The notes under the pieces were generated by a model that saw only the letters and a list, made by a program, of their open reading frames with translations, had not been told where the DNA came from and made no database searches. Made by a program: the position numbers and the translations under genes. From an uncultured virus (IMG/VR IMGVR_UViG_3300030102_006999) (lineage: Duplodnaviria > Heunggongvirae > Uroviricota > Caudoviricetes), in IMG/VR virus record IMGVR_UViG_3300030102_006999: a stretch of 50,788 nt of DNA. One strand, written 5' to 3'. How positions within the stretch are numbered: position 1 is the stretch's first letter; the number at the start of each line of letters is the position of its first letter. Below, one piece after another: positions 1 to 7,706 of this stretch.

Positions 1-2
1 AA

Positions 3-260
3 ATGACTCGTAATTTTCTATCAGAAAATTGGAATAAAGGCGCTTCTATTATGTCAAGAGCAAGAGCTATAAAAGAAGCTTTAGAGAGTTTGAAACCTAG
101 AACTATTAAGGAAAGACAAAGAGTGGAGTTGGCTCTTGAAAATCTAACACACCTTCGAAGAGGTTACAGAAAGTTAGAAGAAAAAAATAGACTTTTAGAA
201 GAAGAAAACAACTCTCTTAATGAAAGACTCTCTTTATTAGAAGAGAGCAAGGGAGAATAA
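3..260 (+). CDS. Hypothetical coiled-coil protein
   Basis: 85-aa ORF with a heptad-like C-terminus (LEEKNRLLEEENNSLNERL); abuts the next gene. Confidence 0.75.
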   Translation: MTRNFLSENWNKGASIMSRARAIKEALESLKPRTIKERQRVELALENLTHLRRGYRKLEEKNRLLEEENNSLNERLSLLEESKGE

Positions 261-263
261 TAG

Positions 264-3167
264 ATGATTTTATTAGAGGGAGGGGTAGGTGGACATATGT
301 CTCACCTCTATGATAACCCACGATTAACATTTGCGACCATTAAAAAAATAATGCAAGCAGCGGCCGATGGAGAACTTCAAGGCACAGAAAAAACAGATGG
401 GCAAAATTTATTTATTTCGTTTTCGGTTCCGGAACAAAAAGCTAAAGGTGCAAGAAATAAGTCAAATATTAAAGCAGGTGGTCTAGATGTTAAGGGGCTT
501 GCCGCCAAATTTAAAGGCAAAGGACAACTAGAAAAAACGTTTTCAGAATCTCTTGCAGCGTTTGAAGATGTTGTAAAATCAATGCCAAAGGATCAGCAAG
601 TAGAAATATTTGGACCAGATACTAATATATATTATAGTGCAGAAATCATTGACCCTAGATCTCAAAATGTTATCAGTTATGATACAAAAACTTTAGCTAT
701 TCACAGAAACGGAGCCGAGTTTGACAAAGAAACCGGTGTTCCTGTAACGGTCGATATTGAAGATCCCAACTATCCGGGAAGTATTATACAGGCCCCTAAA
801 GATGTAAGCAAAAATGCCGAACTTCTAGATAACTTATTGTCTGACAGACAAGACCAAATAAAAGAGAAAAATTATGGTGTTCAAATGGACGCCATTAAGA
901 CTTTGCAAGCACTTGAAGACAAGACAGCTCTAAATACTGCACTTTCTGAACTGGAAAAAGAAATTAGTTCCGAGGGGATCTCTGATAATCAAACCGTGAT
1001 TAATTACGTCATGGCCAAACTGTCAAACTTTTTTACAGAAGAAGGCCTTCAGCTGCCAGTAGAACTTGAGAAAAAAGTTTTGGAAAAGATTTTATTAACA
1101 AATCCTTCTTATCGTTATGCCTATGGTTACCCGGAAAAGCTAGATAAAGAGTGGAATCTTGGTACAATGGCAAAAGGGCTACCAGCAGATCAAAAAGCTA
1201 AATTAAGAGATGTTATTGGTAGGTCAAAAGAAATTTTAGCCACGGCTATCCGCCCTATTGAAGAAATCATTCATGATTTCTCTGTTGAGATGATCCGAGG
1301 TTTGGAAAGTGTTTTTATTCTTGATAACCAACAAGAATTAGATAGACAAATCAATGATTTAAGAAAAGCAATCGATGCGATTGAGAAAACAGAACACCCA
1401 GTTGCTCTTGAATTTCTAAATAAACAAATGGAAAAATTAAAAAAAGTTGAAAATATTTCTTCCGCAGCAGAAGGATTTGTTTTTGATTATGATGGACACA
1501 CATATAAATTTACAGGAAACTTTGCTCCGATGAATCAATTGATGGGGCTTTTCAAATACGGCAGAAAAGATATTCCTGCTATGGAAAAAATAGAGGAAGA
1601 AGAAGAAGAAGTCAATGAGATTTTCGGAAATCGCACTAAAAAAGAAGCGGATATTAGTGTTGGAGATCTGGCTGGTTTTTCTTTTAATATAGAGCGTATT
1701 GGCGAATACATCGAAACCATAGAAAAAACATCCGGTGAGTTTGCAAAAATGCATCTTGAAGCTCTAATAAAAGTTTACGAAGAAAATATAGACCCAATGA
1801 TTTCTAGATTAATGATCGCGCAAAGCCAAATGGAGAAAGGTACTCACACCTTAAATCCTTCAGTTATTGAAAAAGTGGGAACTTATAAAAACTTATACAT
1901 AGTTTCATGGGATAGCGAAGCCGATTTGGTTAGGCAACTTTTGGAAACGGCCCATAACCTTAGAAACAAAGCCTTGGGAGCTTACAAAAAATACAGAAAT
2001 AAAGCACCAGAACTGCCAGCTTATAAACCCAAACCGGGCATGCACGATTTGGAAAAACTAATGGGACAAGCAAAAATAAGAGAAGAAGCAACGCCTGCTG
2101 CAAAAAGAACGATTGCTGTTTATCCCGGTAGATTTCAGCCTATGGGCAAACACCATTTACAGGTTTTTAAGACCTTACAAGCTCAACACGGTGATGATAA
2201 TGTCTATATTCTGACTTCAGACACGACAAATAAAGAAAGATCTCCTTTAAGTTTTGAAGAAAAAAAGAGTATCATGCTCAAACATGAAATCCCAGAAGAT
2301 CAAATTATAAAAGTTGGAAACCCCTATAAGATTATGGAGCTTGATCCTCATTTTGATGCCGACAACACCACGGCGATTTATGTCGTTGGTGCGAAAGATC
2401 ATGACAGATTAAGTACAGGAAAAGCCTTTGACAAGTATGAAGAAACAAAAGGAGATTTGGCTCCATTTTCAGAAAAGGCTTATTTGAAGATTGCACCTCA
2501 CGTTTGTATTACTTTGAAGAATGGGGATGAGATGTGTGGAACATCCATCAGGAATGCTATGAAAAACTTGGACGAGGAGAGCTTTGAAGACCTCATGGGA
2601 TGGTTTGATAAAAATATCTATGACATGCTAAAGAAAAAGACCTCCAATACCCCTACGAGCCTGTCAGAAACGATTTTTGAGCTAGTGGAAGAAGTTCTCA
2701 ATGAAAAATTGAAAGCTAGTGACGGGGCCGGGAAATATGTAAAAGACTTCTATGATTCTGACGCTCCACAATTAGATGGTAAATCGAAAGAAAAAAGAAG
2801 AGAAATGGCAGTCGCTGCTTACCTGCAAGATAAAAATGAAGAACAACAAAACGAAATCAGAACCGGCGCTAGTGTTTACTACGGATCATCAGATCTTAAC
2901 AAGCGTTTTGGTGCACCGAAAAAGATTGAAGAACCAAAAATGAAAGTTTCCGTAAAGAAGCAAAAAAAGACAACCCCGGAGCTAGATCGTGAAGATCATC
3001 AAATGGATTTTGATTTTGAAGATTTGGACGAAATGTCAGCCATGGGCGGAGGAGCTGTACAAGGATCTTCTGGAAAAGGATTTAAAAGAGATGAAGAAGA
3101 AACGTTGATTAGAGAAAGCATCCCCGGTATTAAAATTAAAACTACTCTAAGAACATCAACTAACTAA
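264..3167 (+). CDS. Multidomain phage protein: N-terminal ligase-like covalent nucleotidyltransferase fold plus a HIGH-superfamily (cytidyltransferase-like) domain
   Basis: EKTDG (K43, nt 390) resembles ligase motif I KxDG. EGFVF...YKF (nt ~1470-1510) resembles motifs IV/V. IAVYPGRFQPMGKHH (YPG at nt 2121) is a HIGH-like motif. GGGAG SD upstream. Confidence 0.65.
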   Translation: MILLEGGVGGHMSHLYDNPRLTFATIKKIMQAAADGELQGTEKTDGQNLFISFSVPEQKAKGARNKSNIKAGGLDVKGLAAKFKGKGQLEKTFSESLAAFEDVVKSMPKDQQVEIFGPDTNIYYSAEIIDPRSQNVISYDTKTLAIHRNGAEFDKETGVPVTVDIEDPNYPGSIIQAPKDVSKNAELLDNLLSDRQDQIKEKNYGVQMDAIKTLQALEDKTALNTALSELEKEISSEGISDNQTVINYVMAKLSNFFTEEGLQLPVELEKKVLEKILLTNPSYRYAYGYPEKLDKEWNLGTMAKGLPADQKAKLRDVIGRSKEILATAIRPIEEIIHDFSVEMIRGLESVFILDNQQELDRQINDLRKAIDAIEKTEHPVALEFLNKQMEKLKKVENISSAAEGFVFDYDGHTYKFTGNFAPMNQLMGLFKYGRKDIPAMEKIEEEEEEVNEIFGNRTKKEADISVGDLAGFSFNIERIGEYIETIEKTSGEFAKMHLEALIKVYEENIDPMISRLMIAQSQMEKGTHTLNPSVIEKVGTYKNLYIVSWDSEADLVRQLLETAHNLRNKALGAYKKYRNKAPELPAYKPKPGMHDLEKLMGQAKIREEATPAAKRTIAVYPGRFQPMGKHHLQVFKTLQAQHGDDNVYILTSDTTNKERSPLSFEEKKSIMLKHEIPEDQIIKVGNPYKIMELDPHFDADNTTAIYVVGAKDHDRLSTGKAFDKYEETKGDLAPFSEKAYLKIAPHVCITLKNGDEMCGTSIRNAMKNLDEESFEDLMGWFDKNIYDMLKKKTSNTPTSLSETIFELVEEVLNEKLKASDGAGKYVKDFYDSDAPQLDGKSKEKRREMAVAAYLQDKNEEQQNEIRTGASVYYGSSDLNKRFGAPKKIEEPKMKVSVKKQKKTTPELDREDHQMDFDFEDLDEMSAMGGGAVQGSSGKGFKRDEEETLIRESIPGIKIKTTLRTSTN

Positions 3168-3171
3168 TTAT
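3165..3171 (+). promoter_or_regulatory. Candidate phage late-promoter motif TAnTTA(T/C)
   Basis: TAATTAT 25 nt upstream of ATG 3197; the same motif recurs upstream of several other genes. Confidence 0.35.
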
Positions 3172-3196
3172 AGTGTAAAACTGGAGATATACCTAA

Positions 3197-4108
3197 ATGA
3201 CAAGTAGGCAAGAAATCCTAGAAGAAAGGCTCTTAAGAGAAAACATTCGAAGAGCTATTAATATCGTCAAAGATAGAAAACAACAAAAAGAAAATTATAT
3301 TCGCACAATCGTGCGTCACCTGATTAGTGAAGCCACTGTTACAAAATACGAATATACTTCATTAAATCTATTAGCTCACTTTATTAAAGAGGCAGTAGGT
3401 GATCCATCAAAGCCAGACTCTAACCCAGCTTTTAAAGATGCCTATACTGATCTTACTTCAAGTCACGAAGACAGAGAAAGGTTTGTAGAATATGTTTTGG
3501 ATTTTGCAAACGAAGATTTTAAAACTATTGACGCTGATAAAGAGCCTCAACCACTCGGACAAGATTTCTTAGAAAAAGGATTTGATTCTGAAAGGCCTCA
3601 AGAAGAAGAACCTGAAGAAGAAAAAGACGAAGTTATCACTGTTAGAATTGAAGATCTTGAAGATGGTGATGGAAATTTAGCACCTGATGAGACTGAAGCT
3701 GAAGAAGAGGAAGAAGATTTTCAATTAGGTGAAGATGCTGAAGAAATCACTCCTGAAGAAAACGCTGGTATTAAAAAGTACAGTAGAGAAGCTTATAAAA
3801 GAATCGGACCTTCATTACGAAGATATTACGGACAAGTTCAAAAAGATAGTCAAATTGATAAGCCAGTTGAGATTTCTGGTAAAGAATATCAAGCTGGAGA
3901 ACTTTCAGAAAGAGATTTATTCAAAATCTATCTTAAGAAAAATTTAGTTCTTTGGTCTGAAAGATATGAAGATGAGTTTTTCGATAAAGGTCCAGAAGTT
4001 GATGTTGACATTGGCACTCAAGGCGCCACAGAAGAAATTCCGGGCGAAGAAAACGAAGAAGAAATTTTAGGTGACGAGAGTGGAGAGGAAGAAGTATTTA
4101 AACTTTAA
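3197..4108 (+). CDS. Highly acidic hypothetical protein, possibly head-internal or scaffold-like
   Basis: 303 aa with poly-Glu tracts, GGAG SD, and an N-terminal helical segment ending IVRHLISE. Confidence 0.75.
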   Translation: MTSRQEILEERLLRENIRRAINIVKDRKQQKENYIRTIVRHLISEATVTKYEYTSLNLLAHFIKEAVGDPSKPDSNPAFKDAYTDLTSSHEDRERFVEYVLDFANEDFKTIDADKEPQPLGQDFLEKGFDSERPQEEEPEEEKDEVITVRIEDLEDGDGNLAPDETEAEEEEEDFQLGEDAEEITPEENAGIKKYSREAYKRIGPSLRRYYGQVQKDSQIDKPVEISGKEYQAGELSERDLFKIYLKKNLVLWSERYEDEFFDKGPEVDVDIGTQGATEEIPGEENEEEILGDESGEEEVFKL

Positions 4109-4120
4109 TAAAAAAAATAC

Positions 4121-4149
4121 TTGACAAGATTTGGTTTTGATGTTATTAA
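4121..4149 (+). promoter_or_regulatory. Sigma70-type promoter
   Basis: TTGACA 4121-4126, 17-nt spacer, TGn-TATTAA 4144-4149, with an upstream A-tract. Confidence 0.6.
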
Positions 4150-4283
4150 TTTATTAATCACTCCAAACACACTAATCATACTAATCACTCTAATATATAA
4201 TCATACTAAACATACTAATTAATAATCATACTAATACTTAATCACTCTAATATATAATCATACTATTACTTAATCACTCTTAT
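4143..4283. repeat. G-free direct-repeat array (8x TAATCA; 27-nt perfect repeat x2)
   Basis: No G on the + strand from 4143 to 4283. TAATCA at 4155, 4173, 4182, 4198, 4223, 4239, 4255, 4271. taatcactctaatatataatcatacta at 4182-4208 and 4239-4265. Confidence 0.9.
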
Positions 4284-4653
4284 GTCTAATTGGAAAAGAA
4301 AAAATAACTATAATGGTAAAAATAAAGATTATAGTATTATTAATAAATTAAGAAAAGAACGTAAGTCTAATGAAGAGTTTGAAATCATGCTTAATAACTT
4401 ATCATTAGAAGATATCGTTGCTTTAAAGTTAGAACTGTCATCAAAAGCTGTTTCGAATAGGATGTACGGATTCCCTATTTGGAATAGTTTAACGTCCTTA
4501 GTAAAAGAAGCAGTATTTAAATATGCATTGTCAGCAACCAGAACACAAATGGAAGCTATGAGATTTTTAGGATTGAAAGAAGATTCATTTCATATATTGA
4601 AGAAGAAGTATAAGGTAAAAGACTTTTTTCTTGACAAAGAGGAGAAAAGTTAA
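4282..4653 (+). CDS. Small basic protein with a C-terminal Fis/HTH_8-like helix-turn-helix
   Basis: ALSATRTQMEAMRFLGLKEDSFHILKKKY matches the Fis-type pattern AL-x-A-x-LG-x-L-x-KKY. Confidence 0.6.
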   Translation: MSNWKRKNNYNGKNKDYSIINKLRKERKSNEEFEIMLNNLSLEDIVALKLELSSKAVSNRMYGFPIWNSLTSLVKEAVFKYALSATRTQMEAMRFLGLKEDSFHILKKKYKVKDFFLDKEEKS

Positions 4654-4659
4654 TATAAT
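4631..4659 (+). promoter_or_regulatory. Consensus sigma70 promoter driving the downstream ncRNA
   Basis: TTGACA 4631-4636, 17 nt, TATAAT 4654-4659. Confidence 0.85.
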
Positions 4660-4665
4660 AAAGAT

Positions 4666-4840
4666 AGAAGTAAGTACAAAAGGGGAGTTTTATTTTTAAA
4701 GTAGGGTTCATTGTCTCTAACGAACCCGGGATCAAGGAGGATTTGCTAAAAGTTATGGAAAGTGTTTTCACCTCCCGAATTACAGAGAGGCTAAGAAGCT
4801 GGCAATCTAAGTGAACCGGCACTCACCTTGTACTATTTTA
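4666..4840 (+). ncRNA. Structured ~175-nt RNA, 6S-RNA-like rod with internal bubbles
   Basis: Nested pairings: AGTACAA 4673-79/TTGTACT 4828-34; GAGT 4685-88/ACTC 4821-24; GGTTCATT 4705-12/AGTGAACC 4810-17; GTCTCT 4713-18/AGAGGC 4786-91; GGAGG 4736-40/CCTCC 4771-75. Lies directly behind a perfect promoter. Ends are approximate. Confidence 0.55.
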
Positions 4841-4855
4841 AATAACAAAACAAAC

Positions 4856-5125
4856 ATGTTGCACGAAGATATGAAAGATATATTAAATCCAGATGAAGTA
4901 GTAGAGTTAGCATATTCAGAATTCGGAAGACTTTTTGATGCAGCTGACGAGTTTGAAGTTAAAATAGGAAGCGACGATGGTGGTAGAACTTTGGACCTCA
5001 TGGTTATAGGGTCTGAAAATGCCACATTACTAAGAACAGAAGTTCCGCCTCGATATAATGGTTATCGAACAGTAATAGTATATCGCTATGATCCTCCATA
5101 TGAGTTAAATACAGAAGAGGAATAA
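4856..5125 (+). CDS. Hypothetical acidic protein
   Basis: ORF 4811-5125; start moved to ATG 4856 (4871 also possible) because GTG 4811 lies inside the RNA stem. Confidence 0.7.
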   Translation: MLHEDMKDILNPDEVVELAYSEFGRLFDAADEFEVKIGSDDGGRTLDLMVIGSENATLLRTEVPPRYNGYRTVIVYRYDPPYELNTEEE

Positions 5126-5126
5126 A

Positions 5127-5792
5127 TTGAAAAGACTGATCATATCAGATACTCATATAGGCTCTAGATACTCTAGAAAAAAAGAGTTATATCACCTATT
5201 GAAAGAGGCTGAATATGATCAACTTATTTTAAACGGTGATATAATAGAGTTTTTAAAAGTTCCTACTTTTTCTAGAATCTCTCTAGAAATATTAAAAATA
5301 GCTAAAGAAAAATCTGATGAAATAATATATGTTATCGGCAATCATGATATTGCCATGAAAGATTTTGTAAATCAGAGTTTTGAAAATATTAAATTTGTTG
5401 AAGAATATTGCTTTGAAGAAAATGGTAGAAAGTTCAGAATAGAACACGGCGACAAATACGAAAAAGGCATTGTTCATTTTCGATTAGTTATGAATATTAT
5501 ATCAGCATTTCAAGACGCTATAGAAAAAATATTTGATATAGATTTATCTACTTGGTTTACTAACTTAAAAATAAACAGAAGAAAAATAAAAAGATTATGG
5601 GATATAATCGATCTCAATAACGATGTTGATGTGTTGATTGTTGGCCACACCCATATGCCAGAAGCAGTTATCTGGATTGATCAAGATGAAAAAATTAAAA
5701 CTTATGTCAACTGTGGGGATTGGGTACAACACGCGACATATGTCCAGATTGAAAATGGAGTAGTTAGGTTGAGGAACTATTTGAAAAAATAA
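5127..5792 (+). CDS. Metallophosphoesterase, LpxH/YbbF/PlcP-like
   Basis: Motifs SDTHIG, NGD, GNHD, HGD, GHTH and YVNCGDWV. Confidence 0.85.
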   Translation: MKRLIISDTHIGSRYSRKKELYHLLKEAEYDQLILNGDIIEFLKVPTFSRISLEILKIAKEKSDEIIYVIGNHDIAMKDFVNQSFENIKFVEEYCFEENGRKFRIEHGDKYEKGIVHFRLVMNIISAFQDAIEKIFDIDLSTWFTNLKINRRKIKRLWDIIDLNNDVDVLIVGHTHMPEAVIWIDQDEKIKTYVNCGDWVQHATYVQIENGVVRLRNYLKK

Positions 5793-5837
5793 TTTAAAAA
5801 ACAGTTTTTTAATATATTTATTAATGAACTACATTAA

Positions 5838-6296
5838 GTGAGGTATTATATCCTGTTTTTTTTATTAATGATTATATTTGGATTTTTTTTCACCTCATTA
5901 TTATTTTATTTAAATCATAGATTTGTTGGTCATGGCAAACTAGGTAACTTGCCACTGTTAAAATATATCAAAAAAATGCACATTATTCACCATAGGAATG
6001 ATTACGGTGAGCACAGAAATGATTATTTAAAGCTACCTATATGGTCGAAGGGTTTATTTTTTTTAGCTTTTTTATTCGTATCTTTAGTATCACTACCATT
6101 TGCTTGTGGGTGCTTATTTTATGTATTTTACTACGAATGGTTGCATTATAAAATGCACAATGATGATCAAACCGGTTGGTGTTCTCGTCATCATTTTTTA
6201 CATCACAGAAAATCTGCAAGACATAATTTTTCAGGCACAATGCCTTTTATAGATAAAATTTTTGGAACGTATTACGAAGATAAAAATAATACTTGA
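5838..6296 (+). CDS. Fatty-acid hydroxylase / sterol-desaturase family membrane di-metal enzyme
   Basis: His boxes HRFVGH, HIIHH, HYKMH, HHFLHH; hydrophobic segments; C-terminal NFS...DKIFGT. Start may be ATG 5868. Confidence 0.85.
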   Translation: MRYYILFFLLMIIFGFFFTSLLFYLNHRFVGHGKLGNLPLLKYIKKMHIIHHRNDYGEHRNDYLKLPIWSKGLFFLAFLFVSLVSLPFACGCLFYVFYYEWLHYKMHNDDQTGWCSRHHFLHHRKSARHNFSGTMPFIDKIFGTYYEDKNNT

Positions 6297-6321
6297 CAAG
6301 AAGATCAGAACGGGCTATAAT
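6293..6321 (+). promoter_or_regulatory. Consensus sigma70 promoter for the tRNA-ClpP unit
   Basis: TTGACA 6293-6298, 17 nt, TATAAT 6316-6321. Confidence 0.85.
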
Positions 6322-6339
6322 AATATTATGATTAACAAA

Positions 6340-6416
6340 GAACCCTTAGCTCAGTTGGTCAGAGCACCCGGCTCATACCCGGAGGGTCGTAGGTTCAAGT
6401 CCTACAGGGTTCACCA
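6340..6416 (+). tRNA. tRNA with CAT anticodon, probably tRNA-Ile2 (lysidine); elongator Met not excluded
   Basis: Acceptor GAACCCT/AGGGTTC, D-arm GCTC/GAGC, loop CT-CAT-AC, T-arm GTAGG-TTCAAGT-CCTAC, encoded CCA. C4:G69 and C5:G68 pairs as in TilS substrates. Confidence 0.9.
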
Positions 6417-6420
6417 CTAC

Positions 6421-6497
6421 GCGCCCTTAGCTCAACAGGATAGAGCAACGGCCTTCTAAGCCGTAGGTTGCAGGTTCGAGTCCTGCAGGGCGTGCCA
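6421..6497 (+). tRNA. trnR: tRNA-Arg(TCT)
   Basis: Acceptor GCGCCCT/AGGGCGT, anticodon arm ACGGC-CT-TCT-AA-GCCGT, T-arm GCAGG-TTCGAGT-CCTGC, encoded CCA. Confidence 0.95.
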
Positions 6498-6516
6498 TTT
6501 TAACAAAGGAAGAAAG

Positions 6517-7131
6517 ATGATTAAAGACGTATATTGGGCATCGATGCCAACAGTAATCCCCGGATCAGATATCGAAAGCGCAAAAAGTGATGACAATAAT
6601 ATTGTAGAAACAAAGCACAACAGAATTTATTTTTATTCTGAAGTTACTCGCAAAAAGAATTTGCAGTTAAATTTAACTATTAAAAACTTAGAGGGAGATT
6701 TACTTCATGGCGCCCAACTAGCTCAAGGTGACCCTAGGAAGTTGTATATCCATATTAACTCATATGGCGGCTCTGTGTTCGCTGGTTTTTCATCTGTGGA
6801 CTATATTACTTCCTGTAAGGTCCCAACAGTGTCGGTTATCGAAGGTTGTGCTGCTTCTGCCGCAACTATTATGAGTGTCACAGCCAACCATCGCCAGATC
6901 AATAAGCATGCTTACATGCTGATTCATCAACTTTCTTCGGGAATGTGGGGAAAATACCAAGAACAGAAAGATACCATGGAAAATAACGATCGAATCATGA
7001 AAATGATTATTTCAATTTATGAAGAACACACTAAGATCCCAAAGAAAGAGCTTGATAAGATCTTAAAACATGATCTGTGGTGGGATGCAGAGACGTGCCT
7101 GAAGTATGGATTAGTTGATGAAATTATTTAA
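6517..7131 (+). CDS. clpP: ClpP-family serine protease
   Basis: INSYGGS, catalytic Ser in AASAA, His in IHQ, Asp in HDLW, C-terminal YGLVDEI. Confidence 0.85.
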   Translation: MIKDVYWASMPTVIPGSDIESAKSDDNNIVETKHNRIYFYSEVTRKKNLQLNLTIKNLEGDLLHGAQLAQGDPRKLYIHINSYGGSVFAGFSSVDYITSCKVPTVSVIEGCAASAATIMSVTANHRQINKHAYMLIHQLSSGMWGKYQEQKDTMENNDRIMKMIISIYEEHTKIPKKELDKILKHDLWWDAETCLKYGLVDEII

Positions 7132-7300
7132 ATCTTTTATTAAAAACTATTTACTATTCGGACTAGGGGTAGTTCTTGGGTCCGTAATAGCGACATTAGT
7201 AACTTATGTCGTTTTTTCAATTAGTCATGGTGCTCCTAGTGCGGGAAAAATGCTGCAAATACAAAAATGCTTAGAGGAAAAAATAAATGAGCAAAAATAA
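7118..7300 (+). CDS. Small membrane protein
   Basis: One long hydrophobic helix; overlaps both neighbours. Confidence 0.6.
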   Translation: MKLFKSFIKNYLLFGLGVVLGSVIATLVTYVVFSISHGAPSAGKMLQIQKCLEEKINEQK

Positions 7301-7706
7301 AAAAGTTATGGTTTCTGGAGGATTCGATCCAATTCACGTAGGACACATTAGGATGATTAGAGAGGCATCAAAGTATGGAGATGTTATAGTTGTCGCAAAC
7401 TCTGATGATTGGTTATTCAGAAAAAAAGGATATAACTTTATGGGATTTATTGAAAGAAAAGAAATTTTAATGTCTATTAAAGGAGTTGTGGAAGTGGTAC
7501 CGGTAGATGATAAAGATGGTACAGTATGTTCTGCCTTGTTAGACCACAGGCCTGACTTTTTTGCTAATGGTGGAGACAGAACTTCTACAAATACTCCCGA
7601 AAATATTATTTGTCAGGAACTTGGAATCGAAATGCTATGGAACGTTGGTGGTCAAAAAATACAATCATCTTCTGATTTGGTAGAAAAAGCTTCAAATGAG
7701 AAATAG
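7287..7706 (+). CDS. Cytidyltransferase-like nucleotidyltransferase (TagD/RfaE/RibL type)
   Basis: SGGFDPIHVGH HIGH motif, NSD, ANGGDR, QSSS. Confidence 0.9.
   Translation: MSKNKKVMVSGGFDPIHVGHIRMIREASKYGDVIVVANSDDWLFRKKGYNFMGFIERKEILMSIKGVVEVVPVDDKDGTVCSALLDHRPDFFANGGDRTSTNTPENIICQELGIEMLWNVGGQKIQSSSDLVEKASNEK

Noticed and set aside
4143..4283. CRISPR array
   Set aside because: Repeats are short, low-complexity and lack unique ~30-nt spacers; no cas1/cas2 nearby.
4556..4822. Minus-strand 88-aa ORF, and the GTG 4811 start of the next + ORF
   Set aside because: They overlap the HTH gene, the promoter and the structured RNA; no SD or recognisable protein features.
5794..5812. Inverted repeat TTAAAAAAC-A-GTTTTTTAA as terminator or operator
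   Set aside because: Almost all A/T with a 1-nt centre and no second copy noticed; not supportable.
6262..6459. 65-aa + strand ORF
   Set aside because: It is a translation of the promoter and the two tRNA genes.
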